NCBI GenBank assembly: GCA_044892525.1
Contig: CM097885.1
Location: 41,480,001-41,544,000 of the forward strand
Length of the DNA: 64,000 nt
Origin: Schmidtea polychroa
Lineage: Eukaryota
Direction: 5' to 3'
Both the position numbers and the translations under genes were made by a program. The notes below the pieces were generated by a model that searched no databases, had not been told where the DNA came from, and saw nothing but the letters and a program-made list of their open reading frames with translations. This document shows, piece by piece, positions 1 through 14,711 of the stretch. Each line of letters opens with the position of its first letter. The first letter of the stretch is position 1.

Positions 1-2461
1 TTTAACAATTACTAATCTGACTCCAAGTATTTTTTTTAAATAACAACAACAATGAAATCCGAATGATATACATTTTATTGACTACAATAATTTTAATCAA
101 TTTAAACACAAGTTCCCGACATTTATTAAAATGTGAAGTTAATAAAATTTTCAGCGTGTTTGGATATTAATGATTTCATTGATAGGAATTAGTTCTCCAC
201 CTGGCTCCTCGAGTTTGATAATTAACCAATTCGAACTCGAATACCAACAAAATAACTTTATTTCAAACCACACTGCATACACTAGATTTTACTTTATTTA
301 CCTAAGCTTTGCTTCTTTGACTTTACTTTTTAATTGGAATTAATTCACTTTAACGTTATTCGATTAAAACTGGCAAATTTAACTTTCGCTTTCGGATTTG
401 TTACAAATTTCCTCCCTCCATATATTTTACAATTAATCCTGCAATGTTGGGTTTATTTTAAATTAAATAATTTATGGTCAATTTAGCCTGACATCTCGCA
501 TTTCGAGACTCCAACACAGTATTAGGTTTATTTTCCCTGATTAATTGTATTTCCCATTAAACTGACTTCACCGAGTTTCTCCATGATTTATGGGTTTGCC
601 TAAAATAATTTATTATTTTTTGGTTCCTGACTTTTATAGAAATCTCTCATCAATTTAAAATTATTTTATACGTCTTTAAAATTTCATTAGCCACCGGTTA
701 CCACGTTTTCCACCGACAAATTTTTACTTTTTTCGAATTTTAATTAATTTTTAATTGATTTTGATAGTTTGTGATTTTTATTTTTTAATTGATACATTTT
801 GTATATCCCAAACATGCGATGTGTGTATATGTGTAAAATAGCCCCAAAATCAATGGAGACCTCCGAAAATTATGAAATAAATTTTCTCACATACTTAGAT
901 TTATATAAGTTTGAATCCACATTTTCCACATCCAAAAATCATCTTAAACTTAACAAGGTTAATTTAGGACCACTATGTGTCTGATAACCTTTTGGGAGAA
1001 ACATCACTATTAAATATTATCAATGGTCATACGATTAGTAGTTGCTGTCTGGCATATCGCAGATTAATTAATCGTCGCTTTCCTTTCTTTTAATTGATAA
1101 AAAAACTGTTTTTAGAAAGGTTTTCCTTTAATTTTATTTTGATAATCGCATAGTTACAACTTCCTTTAAACTTATGCCATTATCAACATGGGCTCACTTT
1201 AAAAAATGTTCCAATAATTATATTATTAAATATAGGATATCATACAGTAATGAGATAAACGCGTTGAATAGCATTGTAAAATGGTAATCAATCTTGCCGA
1301 AAATCAACTATTTTTTGTTTTAATAAGATGAATTTTAAAATCATGTAGAATCAATCATTAGTGTATATATCAATTTTATCAATATAAATATTCGGATTTT
1401 TGTAGTAAAAATCAAATATTTACAGTTAATTTAAAGAAAACCAAATCATTTTAGATCAATTAGAAAATGCCGATATGACAAAAAAATTAAATCAGAATTA
1501 ATAAATAAATATAAAAACGAAACATCATCAAATTCGAAACAAGTATCAATTTACTAACATAAAGAATCAGGAAATGTACTAGTGGTGTGATAATTTTGGT
1601 AAAATTATAATTTATAATTTTTGTTTTTATTAATTGATCAACTTCATCTAAACAAAATAAAATTTGTTAGTAAATAATTTTAATAAAATTTACCATGGAT
1701 ATCACCATGAAATTTTTTTAATTTTAACGATAGTTGTTTTAATCAAACAATATTATTCAGTTTGTTATTATTCAAACCTTTTTTACCAAATAAAAAAATA
1801 TTTTACACTTTACAAATTTATATTAAAAGAAATTTAAAATTTAATGAAATTTAAAACAATAAAACAAAATACAAAAGGTAACCGACAAACATAAAGTCAT
1901 TCATTGCCTTAATTTTAAACTATAAATTATAAATTTTTATTTATTTAACAAGAGTTTTCATCAAATACATTTTGAAGTGAATTCTATATAAAATGCAAAA
2001 TAATAAGTTACAGTATGAAATGAAGATAAATAAAATTGATCAACAATATTAATAAAACAATGGTAAAAATTATTACTGAAAACACAAATTTATTCTTTAA
2101 GTTTTTATTTTAAATAATTAATTAATATTTATTAATTTTTAATTTCAGAAAAATTATCTGGTATACATATCTAATTTTTATCGTAAAATAAATAAAAATA
2201 AATAAAATTAGATTAAACAATGTCGTCAAAAATGTTCTTGTACGTGAAAATAATCATCTAAATAGGAGCCAATTTACTATTTTATTGATTGAAATAAAAG
2301 ACAATTGAGTTAATCTTTTTATTTTTGGTTTTAAAATAACGAGCGATTAAAATTATATTTTTGGATTAAAAATTCTCCAGATATCTACATTTATAAATAT
2401 TGCGTTCTAAATATGTGACAATGTTAAAATGAATAATAATATTATTATTTTATTTTTTATT

Positions 2462-2608
<147 letters not shown>

Positions 2609-3299
2609 GTTGCTTTTCGATTAAATTTATTTTAGAATTCGCAAATAAAATCCGTGAAAGAATAGTGACTCAATTTTTTTCTAACATCAACCCATGTTAT
2701 TGTAAATATATTTTGTCATTACAGGCAGAGGCCACATTTTTTCATTAATAACTTACTTTTTCACTATTGGGTACATAAAAATCACCTTGAAATGTCAAGG
2801 TTAAAAGGCACTAGATAATTTGATAAGCATGTTTTTTTGCGTATACAATTAAAACAAGAATTATTGATATCATTAAAACATAGCGTCAAGTTTACGGTTA
2901 TGCATGTACAGACAATACCTCGGTTGTTAATAAAACAAATTATAAGAAATTATGTTTATAAAACTTAAAAATAGAATTTTCAGCTTTTACTCGTAAATCT
3001 CTTTCTGATTCTTATCTATTTAATTATTTTTTTCTTTAATTAAAGAGTAACTTTTCTGAGTCTTCCTTCATCAAAAGAAATATTTAACATCAAAAGGTAC
3101 ACATTTTTGATTATTGACAATTATAGAAAATGTATATCTTCAGAGACCACATTCGAATAAGAAAATTGGTAAAATTCAGTTAAACAGAGGAGTCTTAAAG
3201 CCATAATCCTAGGAAAAACACAATGTTTACTATGAAAAGTACGTTGAAGAAAATAGCATAAAATAAGTAGACATTGAGCCCATAGTTAATAATGATTTT

Positions 3300-3940
3300 A
3301 ATAGTAAATTGCTCCTAGGCGAGTTCTGAAGTATTTTTAAATCCAGATTTCCATGACCTTTTCGTTCATCCGTCCTTTCTTATAGCACACAACAACGCCA
3401 TCGTTTCGGAATTGTTTATACGCCACAAACTGAGACGGTTCAGTTGGCAGGAATAACAAAGGACCTCCGAACCTCATCCGTGTTAATTAAATCATTCTTT
3501 ATTTGTAAATTCGACGAAATTATTTTTCATGAATTACTAAGAATCGGGCAATTTTTAACCAACTGTAGATTTGTTTCTTATTGTCAAACTTTTTCTCATA
3601 AATTTGACAGTACTAAGGAAACCTTCAATTTCATTTTAAATTGCCACTTGAAATGCTTTTTGTCGACAATCAAAGTTTGAAACCAAATGTTACTTATTTC
3701 TCTCTTCAACTAAGTCCTAACATTATTTTCAATGCCTGGCCAACTCGACACTTTGCATTATACTGTCCTTTCTTCCGGATCGAAATTAATTGGAATAACC
3801 TCGTTTTTGCGCAATTCTCTAATGAATTTCTCATCTCAACCGTACATTTCAGCAGCCTTTCGGTTCGTATGGGTTTATATATAATCAAGAGATTTGAGTT
3901 TAGTTGATGCCCTATACGATTTTCTTGTCTTTTTAGACAT
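3300..3940 (-). pseudogene. Decayed pogo-family transposase (Brinker-type N-terminal DNA-binding domain)
   Basis: Minus strand from 3940 reads MSKKTRKSYRASTKLKSLDYI*THTNRKAAEMYG*DEKFIRELRKNE, resembling the pogo SYxxxxKLxxxxY...NRxAAxxFGVDEKxVR pattern. It has stops; left limit approximate. Confidence 0.6.
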
Positions 3941-4021
3941 GGAAAAAATAGCAAATTTTTTAATTTAGCTAACTCTTAATTTATTAAACTGATAAAATAT
4001 TTATAATATTCAATTAATTTA

Positions 4022-4263
4022 TAAGAACTTTTTTTCTAATTTCACCACTGATTTTTTTCCCATTGAATTTATTAAACAGAGCTTGAAGACTATAAATCAG
4101 TAATATATCGATGTTTTTGATATATTACTGATTTATAGCCTTCAAGCTCTTTATAATAAATTCAATTTATTTGCATATAAATGCATTAACTTATTTATAA
4201 GATTTAATAAATACAATGTCAATTGATAAGAAATCAGAGCTGAAAATTGAAAAAAAGTTCTTA
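4022..4263. mobile_element. Palindromic MITE (TAAGAAC...GTTCTTA family)
   Basis: Terminal inverted repeats TAAGAACTTTTTTT/AAAAAAAGTTCTTA plus an internal ~100-bp hairpin (4062-4166). Related copies at ~17180-17290 and 25586-26132. Confidence 0.75.
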
Positions 4264-6529
4264 TTTTACTAACTTTATTTTTATGATTAATGGGTGCGGG
4301 TTATACACGAAATTTTCTTATATTTTACCAAATTTCTGTGGTTTATACATGCGAAAATACGATCTACTAATAGGTTAATTAGTAATTACATGATTATATG
4401 TACGGAATCCAATAAAGTTTATTAATCCTAATAAAATTAATTAAGCACCCAAAATGCACTTAGTTAATGCATTTTATATTTTGAGTTAAATGATTTAATC
4501 ATCAAAGCTTCAGAAATAATACGCTCCCAATAATTTTTGAAACCCCTAGATAACATTCTAAAATCAGAGTAGTCTGTTTTCAACTTAAATGTCTTGTTAT
4601 ACTCAAAAATATTACAGTTTAATCAGAAATGCTCTGGAACTTGTATACAGACATGACGGGCAGCCTCCAACCGTTTTTATAGAAGCTGTTTAATGTCTGA
4701 TAATAATGTTGGGTTATGGAGTTGGTGATAAAATTCGAATTCTTACTCTGACTCCAAGCGTGTCTTTGACTGACCCACGAATAACAATTAACACTGAAAA
4801 CTTTATTGAATATCACAAATATTTTCGCAATGATTCAATTTGGCTCAAAGGCTAACTATCGATTATACCGTGCTTATTACAACACTATGGTGAGGAATAG
4901 CATACTCGTATCACCTTGATTTGACAAATCTCTGACAACTGAGGAGTGTAATAATTGGCAATTTTAACTGGTGTTCTCTGATTTTGACTTGGCTTTACTC
5001 GCCTAACTTTACTCTATTATCAACGAAATGAACTCTGGGTGATTCTTTTTATTTCTGTTTTCTCTTTAATTTCTCTGCTTCAATTTTATTCAATTTTTTC
5101 TTCCAATTTGTCTTCTCAATTGTTCCTACAAACTGTTTCGCTAATACAATTCTTCCACGTGTTCTCTTAATTACTTTATAAATTGTCCTCTATCAATCTG
5201 CCTGCTTCTTCTGTGCTACCTCCTATATCTCGTCAATTTTGTGGCACTTCAGTTTATCTTCAATTCCACAATTTTTTCTTCAATATGATTTCCCACTTTT
5301 CCCTGCGACCGAGTTATCTTTGACAGCTGTCGCAATATTTTCTAATTTTTCCTTTTGCGGCTCCCGTCTGTTTTTGTTTTGTTTCCTTTATCACTGGCAA
5401 GCTGTCGAGATAAGAATATTGTTGTTTTTCTATTTTCCCGATTTCAAAATTCCTTTTTCTTTTTTGTACTAATTAATTAGTGCTGACCTTGGTTTTTATT
5501 TTCATGTTTGATTTATTTTGTTTCCTTCCTCTTTCTCATTTCTTTTTGCTTTCGTTTTCTTTTCTGAGTTTTCATAGATCGTCCCGTTTGTCATGACGAT
5601 CTTCCCCACAGTAATTTTATTTATTTATTTATAATTTGTCATTTAGGTATCCTCAACAATAATATATTGGAATTATATATTTTTATTTCAGTTTACATAT
5701 AAATTATTAAATTTTCTTAGAATTCGAATTAATTAATTATTTATTAATTGATGACCTATTATAACCTGAATTATCTTTAAATGTATTTATTTTAAGATTA
5801 GTCAAGAATGATACTAAATTACGTTTGATAGGTTAAGAAATTTGATTTACCCATTACCTCTCAGATTTTTAAAATAATTATTTTTTGCAAAATTGAATTT
5901 TATTGGGATAAAATACACTACTTAATCTAAAATGATCCAAAACACATTATAAATGCTTCAATTGAGCAAATAAATACTTTAATTACCAACTACAAGTATC
6001 CAGTGATACCAAATTTGAAAATTAGAACTGTAAAACACACTAATCTCCATTTGGGGATTACAGTAACTAATAGGTTAATAGTTAAGTTTTTCTTCGTATA
6101 AAATCGATTATTAGTAATTTTGAATGCATTTAAACAAAATCAAGTTTCAATTTCTTATGGTTATAACACTAAATAATAATGGGTAAAAAATCTGTATGTT
6201 TCAAAAGGTTCGTTTGGATAATTAAAAATTGTTGAAGTGCGCAGTTGATGCGGTTAGGTTAGTTTAAAAATATAATAATAAATGAAACACGTATTTTAAA
6301 TTAACAAACCATTTATTAAAAAGAGTCTGTTCAACTGACTTATCATTAAAATAATTAATGGGATGGATGAGCTTGTTGTTCATTACACAACTTCTCTAAC
6401 CTTGGAATCAAACTGGGCACCTTCCTTTCTGGTTTCAAGTTAATTTTCACATGATATTAAATGTAATAATTATATATATTAAAAAATGTGACTCAAAATT
6501 TTAAAATTTATAATAATAGAAATATTTTT

Positions 6530-7437
6530 AGGGTGCACCCCTCGGTGCACAGTTGGGGAACATTGGCATAATGAATTTGAAAATGGTCATACGAGCACTA
6601 CAAATATTAGACACAGTAGTCGACCAAAAGAAGCAGGTATTCCGTAAGTCAAAAAATACACTAAGAAATTTAAAACGATCCCGAAATTCAAAGATCCGCA
6701 AATTAGCCATAATGACAAACAAGTCAACATCGTTCATGAGCACTTGTATATGAAAAGGCTGATTGTAAAGTTGTTTCATTAACAAACGATCAAAAACAAC
6801 GAGTTAATGATTCAGAGCAATCTTAAAGCTGTTTCAACATAATTTACATGAACTTTTTCGGCGATACAAAAAGGCTGATAAAGTGCGAATCCATTACAAC
6901 ATCTTTGAGTTTACACAACAATCAAAATAGTGCGTAGAAACCGGTGGAAGTACTCCGAAAAAACCAAAAAAGGCAACAATCGACTTAAAAGATGATGGCA
7001 ACTATCTTTTGGAATGCACCTGAATTCATTGACTATTTTCAAAAAGGTAGAACAATTATCGATGAATACTTTTCAGCATAACTGAAATAAAAATTGAAGT
7101 ACTCAGCATAAAAATTGAGCTTAAGGCAAAAATGATCAGATTTGAAGAGTGCATTTTCATCATGACCACGTACTAACTCACAAAGGTGTAATCGCAACAG
7201 CAAAATTAGTGAAATCACGTTATAAATTGCCTGCCCATTCGCTATATTCTTCAGATCCGGCTCCGTGCGACTTCGTACTTTCAAACTTGGGTATTTTTTT
7301 TGGATTTTTTTGATCGTATTAAAAACTTTGGATGAAATATATTGAGCTCGAGGGAAACTATGTTGAATAATAAAATAGAATTTTTTCAAAAAAAAATCGT
7401 GTTTTCTTAAGTATGTCAAAGACTTATCAAAACACTT
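6530..7437 (+). pseudogene. Decayed mariner transposase
   Basis: Fragments MATIFWNA, FIDYFQKGRTI, HFHHDH, YSSDPAPCDF (YSPDLAPSD motif) and WMKYIELEGNYVE* in mariner order, with many frameshifts. Confidence 0.8.
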
Positions 7438-10059
7438 AGTTGTTTAAATGAATTTACAAGTATTCTAATTGATGTGGCTAAACTTCAATAATATGCGTAT
7501 CAGAAGACGTAGGTAACTCTGGATGTTAAATATTTGTGATGAATATGATTTCTATGAATCGGTAGGTGAGTCTGACCGACGTGATAGTACTAAAAGAATT
7601 ATTTAATTAGTTTTAATTTAATATATATATTATTATAAATTTATATAATTACAAATTTTGTAATTAAGTCAATTCAAAAAGATATTATTGGATAAAAATA
7701 GAAATATTACATATCCTTGCACATTGCGGTACCATTGAGATTTGGGTGCTAGAATTTGATAAATTTCTTATCTTTCAATAATTTTTTTTTTCAAATTAAT
7801 TATGTATTTAATTTATTTTTATATTAGAAATAATTTTTCATCATTTTCCAATTCCATTGCTAAAACATTTTCCTAATAAAAAATTTGATATATAAATAAA
7901 AAAAAATCAAAGTTTTATTTTTATGGTGACACTTTTTTGTTAGTAAAACTGTTTTAATTGTAACATCAAAAAGCGCGATTTTCAGTGATAACATTTGTAG
8001 TAGTGACATTAATTAAAGATAAAAATACCAAATAATACCAATAAATGCAATGAAAATAATTATTTTTTTTATTTTTTGGTTGTAAATAAAGATTTGAGAC
8101 AAAAAAAACAAAATTTTAATGATTAGTAAAATCTTTTATTTTTTGTTGATCTGTTGTTGATTTCTTCTAACATTTAATTTAGTTTAATTACGACTATAGA
8201 TCATAAATCTTCCCCCATGTAATAAATTTCAGGCACCGCCATACATTGACCTACACGGTCTCTGGCCAGGCCGATATTTTGTTATTTTATTCGGGTTCAG
8301 GTCGGGCTCAGGCTTAATTTTAAAAATGAATTTATTTTTTATGGATTTTTAATAAATAATTTTATTTGCTCCAATGATGAATGAATTAAAATAAAATTTA
8401 CGTAAGTAAATTTCCTTGCTTACATGAATTTAATTTTAATTGGCTAAAATGACAGCATTTTGATACGATAGACTTGAAAATCTAGTACAAAATTCTTGAT
8501 AAACATGATTTCGTCTAATACAATCTTTATGATTGAGCTAAATTATTTTACTAAATGCCATAATATTTTAACTTGAATTTCTTTTTTTCGGGTGGGGTCG
8601 GATTCAGACTATAATAAATTATGAAGAGTAGGGTACGGTTCGGGTTGGGTAAAAATTTTACCTGTCAGTGCAGGTCTCTGCTGCCTTACCCTTACACTAG
8701 ATTTACTGACATTAAATGACAATTTGACGAGTGTCCATAAAAAGGCATATACAACACATTTCCGCTAAACTGAAAGGGCGACAAAAAAGGATAGTGATAT
8801 TTTCGCGTATCATTGTATCATTAAACACGAACATAAAAAAAATTGGGAAAAATAATATTTCTCTTGTATTTTTAATTTTAAAAATTGAATCCGTCTAATT
8901 TACGGGTTCGCAAAATCTAGAGTTAAAAAAATGGAAATACCGAAAATTGTTGAATAAAATGGAAATAAAAGAAGTTAAAAAGAAATTCAAAATAAAATTT
9001 AACTGTAAATTAAAATCAACTTTGCCTATTTCAGACTATAAATTAATAGAAATTTAAATAAATTAAATTAAATTAATTAAGATGATTTGTTTAAAAAATT
9101 AAACTAAAGATAAAATGTAATTTTTAAATTAATTTTCTCTCTTTATTTTAGACTATTTTATTAATATTTATTGAATCTTCGACACAGACTTTTTCTTTTA
9201 ATAAAAACCTTCACTTTTAAACATCTTAATACTTTTCTAAATAGATTTCTTTTACATTTTAACAGACTCTCATAGCACTGTTTCGCTTTTATTTCATGTT
9301 TATTACAAGTCAAAATATTAAAAAATATGGTTTAAAACGGGCCAACTCTTCGTGAAATACATGTTAATGATTTTTAAATAAAAACATTTAATTTTAAGAT
9401 TTTTCTAGAAATAAATGAAACTTTATCCTAATTTAAAAAAATGAATTATTCGTTTTATAATTAAAAATAATAACTATAGAAAATCAAAATTAAATAAATA
9501 TACGATAATAATTTGTAAGCAAAAAATTTCTTTTCAAAAAAATATTATAAATCACTTTGTTAATACGGAATGTTATTTGTACATATTTATGGCAAACGAA
9601 ATCAAAAGCTCAAATGGTATTTATTTGTTTTAATAATGGAATTTCAAATCAATTGGCAAATTTGCCGAATTGTGAATATATTATATATATATATATAAAA
9701 TTATTTTTATCGATATTTATTCATAGTTAGATAGTAAATTAAAACAAAATGATAAAGAATAATAAAACGACATTAGAGCTGAAAATTCAAGTAAATTCAA
9801 ATAATCCGTAAATCATTAAAACAAAAAATAAGTTTCCATTAACCTGTCAAGAAATAAAGGAATACAGCTTCCTGGCGGAAAGGATAACAAAGATAAACGA
9901 AAAACATCAAACCGGTGCATTTAACAATCTAAATTTATACCATTAGATGATAATAAACCCAATAGAGATTGTTACATAATTATCTTTCACACATTCCGAA
10001 TGCACTCTATGTGGTCGAGTAATTAAATATAATCAACCATAATCTATTAAATATATAAT

Positions 10060-10380
10060 TGAATTAGTTGTCAACTTGTCCATTTGACAAGTACATTGGA
10101 GATAACGACAAAACCTTAATGGCAAGACATTACATAACAATCATGTAGATAAAGCAAAGACAAACTCATTTCGACAGACATTTGTTGAATCTATTCAATA
10201 AATAACACCTTATTTCAATTTAAACAAAACCTTTATTTCATAAATAATCTTGACACTGTTATTGCTACATGTCACCTTCATATAAACTACAAAAACTTCA
10301 TAAATAAACAATATTTGAAACAAACCTTCGGGCACTGAAAATGTTTCAATGGGTAATCGGTGAAATGCTTTTGTAAATAA
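10060..10380 (+). pseudogene. Possible Penelope-like GIY-YIG endonuclease remnant
   Basis: Fragment TCPFDKYIG followed by RQTFVESI; highly decayed. Confidence 0.3.
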
Positions 10381-13300
10381 TATTTTTTGTTTAGTTTTAA
10401 TTTGTAAAATTTATTTTAAATTTTCATTTCACAATGTTCGCGAACTTTTTCTTTCAGACACAATATTATTTCAAGAATTAAATAATCGATAAGAGTTCTA
10501 AATTATTTTTAATTATTTAAAAAAAACTTTAATTAATTTAAATGCCAACAATAAAAACGATAAATGCAGAAAAATTAGTTAATTAAAACAAATAAATCGT
10601 CAAACCGTTAAAAAATAGATTATTAATTTTATTATTAATTTAAAAATCTTATTTTACTATTTTCTATAAATTCTATACAAGTTTTTAAGGTGACTTTAAA
10701 TTCTAGAATAATTATTTTATAATAAATAGAATTTTTTCACCAACATTTTTATGGACTAATTTATTTGTAGGAAATTATTAATACGCAAATAGTCAAAATT
10801 AATAAAATTGAAAATAATTGTTTTTTTCTGGAAATAGAATTTTGTCTACATACAAATTAAATATAAATTTCCATTTAATTTTTAGTTCTTTAGTTTTACT
10901 ATTTTGCATATGTAATAATCTAGTTTCATAAGCTTTTTTAAATTTCAATCTTTTAAATATTTTTCACTGAAATTTAAAATTTTTGAGTTTGTTAATAAAA
11001 AATGTATTTATGAAAATTTATTTTATAACAAACTCCCGAAATTTTTTTCCTAGAATTTACAAAATTCCGTTGAAAAAATTATGAATTCTTAAATTGCTAT
11101 CCCAAGATGTATTAGTCTTTTTAATATTTATTTTTAAATTTAAATTTATGATTGTGTTGATTATAGGTAATTTGAAAAATTAAATATATCAAATTATTTT
11201 TTTGTTTTACTTATCTCAAAAATTTCTCAAAATGGACTTTTTATTAAAAAACATTACTATAAAAAGTAAACACTAGAAAGCGATTGATTTTAAGATAATT
11301 CTTCCATAAACTAAAATTTCTTTTTGTAAACAAAAAAGTGGAATGAATATTTTTTAAAAACGCATTCTCAAAGCAGGAACTTCATTTAGAGAAACCTAAG
11401 CTTAAGTTTTGACAGTTAGTAAATTTTGAACTAAATTAAAACGAAATAACGAAAAATAAAAAATATCAGTGAAATTTTTATTCTTGTTTTTCTAAAAGTT
11501 GGGTCACCAGAAAAAATTTGATAAACACATTTAAAACAAGAGAATATTGTAAAGGTCTCTTAATACTTCTCAGTAACATTAGACCAGCGATTTTTGGCTG
11601 TCTGGAGACGAAATATCGTAGTAAAATAAATAAATAAAAATGAAAAGTAAAATCAAAATGTTCTTCAATATTGTCCGTCAAAGAAAAAGAAAAGTCTATC
11701 AGGATTCAACATTCAAACAACTTAATGTAAAAAATGCAATTTTCCTTCCAAAATGTGTTTCATGTTTTACTTTCTTTATGAATTATTTAAAATAAGTTCT
11801 AAATTACGTTTATAAAAACAAATATATAAATAAATGAGAAAATAAGTTATCCTCAACTTGATTTATATACCGACGAAGAACATACTGACATACGTAAAGT
11901 ATATAATTCTTTAATAATTACCCGTTTCAAATAAAAAATTCACAATTACATTCATAAGCCGATAGACAGCAGAATTGCAAAATTTATTTCAATTATTATT
12001 CAATATTTCTATCTTTTAGTTTTCCTATTTTTTAAATATAAAAAACTTTGCCTTTTTCCACATTTACATTCCTTATTAAAAATAAATGAAAAACTACCAA
12101 TTAATGCTTAATTTGTTGACGTCAGTCTAACCTTTTGCAACGGTTAGATATATTAAAACAATTATTTTCTTTTGTTTTAATTAACCGACAAATTTAATTG
12201 ATCTCAATTTTTTTGATTAAGAAATTTAATCGAATGAAATTACTTGATTTATATTAGATTTTTTTTTACTTTTTCCAATGGAAAACCAATTATTATCGAA
12301 ATCAATGTTCCTATAGTTTTCGTTTAAATTTTTTGGTATCAAAAAATTAATTCAAATTTCGAACGAAAATCTTTTACTTAAATTTCAGCATAAATAAATC
12401 TTCAAATGTGCATGTGCTACAAAATTATAAATTATCTTTCAATCAACCAGAAACATTTCATCAATGCTACTGTTTTGTTTTAATGCGCATCCAGCACAAT
12501 CAATTGTGCAGAAAAATCAATTATGTTTCACTATTATAATTACGATTGCATTTTTCATAATTGTTTTTTTTCAGGTCAGAGAATTTATTGAATATATTTT
12601 TGATAAAATCAATAAAATGACATTTTTCAATTTGATAAATATTTTTAATTATTATCATTATAATTATAATTTGTATTAGTTTAAAGTAATGAAAAACAAT
12701 TATTTTAAAGTTCAAATTATATTTGATATATTTTCAAAACTAATCGATATTGTTAAAAATAAAATCAAAAATTCAATATATTTTTATAAAATGCAAAGTA
12801 TTCATAAATGTAATTAAAATTAAATAAAAAAATAATGGGTTTGGTATTAAATTTTTTTAATTTAAAAAATTTAATAAAAGGTAACGGTAAAATGAAATTC
12901 CAATTATTTAAAATTTTCTAAAATTAATTTCAACAGAAATTCTCAGTTATTAAAATGCAATAGATTGAAATGAGGGGAAAAATTCCCTCTACAATTAATG
13001 GCAGAAAGAGTGGAAATGATAATTTAAACAATCAACATTTGGTAAACAAAATTGAAACTGACTTTTATTTATAAGGATTAAGATTAAATTATCCTATCGT
13101 CTAGGAAAACCGCAGAGAAACAAACAGCCGTCTTATTAATCTAGCCAACATTTATTTATCTTGAAATAGCTGAAACAGAAGCAGAAATAATAAATAATCG
13201 GCCGGGTAACTGAATGATAGATTTTTTATTTAAAAAAAAAACAAAAATTTATTTGTGCGCTAGAAATGAAATATTCCAAATTTCCCCAAATTTCAATAAA

Positions 13301-14611
13301 CAAAATATCAAAGTGAAAATATTCTCCAAATAATTAGTCATTCTGAACAACTGAAGCGATGCAGTTCAAAATGGGGGATTTTTCCCCATCGTAAAATCAT
13401 GCTACAAACTAATTAACGAAAACAACTTACATGATTCTCTGGTTTCGGAGATGACATTTTCACAATATTCCACAATCTAAAATAAAATATTATTTTCTTA
13501 ATTAATTTTTCTCTGATATTAATTTTATAATTATCAATATTATTTATTTATTTTTTTCTAGTAATTTAATTATAAAAGTTACTCGTTTGAAAAATTTTAT
13601 TTTTAATAAAAAAAATTGTTTAATAAATTACACAATCAACACTCGTAAATAAATTGATAATAAACCAATCAAATAAACGATTGTCTACAAAGAGTAAACA
13701 TTTTTCACTTAAAACTCTACCTGACGCCGTCACAATGAAATCATTTCCAACTCGCTATTTTATTAAAACTTAGGTCAATATCTGAAATTAACTGGGCAAA
13801 CATTTCAGACCTTTTCTATGACACAAAAAAAATAAATAATAGAACATTTAAAATTAGTGCTTGAATTTTGTTGATTTTATTGTCAAAATTTAATAATAAA
13901 TAAATTTACAACTTAAAATTTAAAAACCAATTTTAATCTTACCCGAAAAATTCTCGGTAAACATAAATACATTAATTTATAATTAAAATAAACAAATAAT
14001 ATTTTCCCATTTTAAACATTTAACTCACTGAAAAAAATTGCATAATCGATTAAACGTTTTTTATCACTAATAAAACAAAACAAAAATATTAAATTAATAA
14101 AAAAGTTAAATCTTTAAATCAAAAAAAAAACAAAAAAAACATTAAACTCACCGCGAATCAAACTGCAAACATTAAATGCATAAATAAGTCATTCACTATA
14201 AAGGCATGCCAATTTGGCTTTGTTGTGTCGACCAGTTTATATAAACAGAACTGCAAACTCATTAACTTTGACTCATTAAATAACTAAAAATAAATGTAGA
14301 ATCACAATCATAACATATACAACATAAAGATAGCGAATTTATTTAGGCTTACTAACCATAAGTAAAAAAAGGCTCGTGCTCTAGCCAAAACAATCACTAA
14401 GACATTGCATATAATTGTTTCTTTACTAACCAACTTTCTGTTTGTTTGTTTGTATGCCGGTGGCTTCTTTGTATTGGTGTTTGTGTGTTTGTTATGTTTA
14501 CAAACTGATAAACATATTTTACTCCATACACATGCTTGTATACATACATACATACAAACAAACAAACAAACTCGCTAAACAAGCATGCAATAACATTGAT
14601 ATATTTTATAT

Positions 14612-14630
14612 ACATATATATATGTATACA

Positions 14631-14707
<77 letters not shown>
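14612..14707. repeat. (TA)n microsatellite
   Basis: Dinucleotide run. Confidence 0.95.

Positions 14708-14711
<4 letters not shown>

Noticed and set aside
1..760. Possible minus-strand LINE remnants (also 4620-5620 and 23660-24830)
   Set aside because: Only compositional hints and very short motif-like strings; cannot be supported without a search.
11860..14600. Possible 5' exons and promoter of a minus-strand host gene (donor-like CTCAC at ~14150, mini-exon MSVCSSS near 11890)
   Set aside because: No recognisable coding homology; splice-like signals alone are insufficient.
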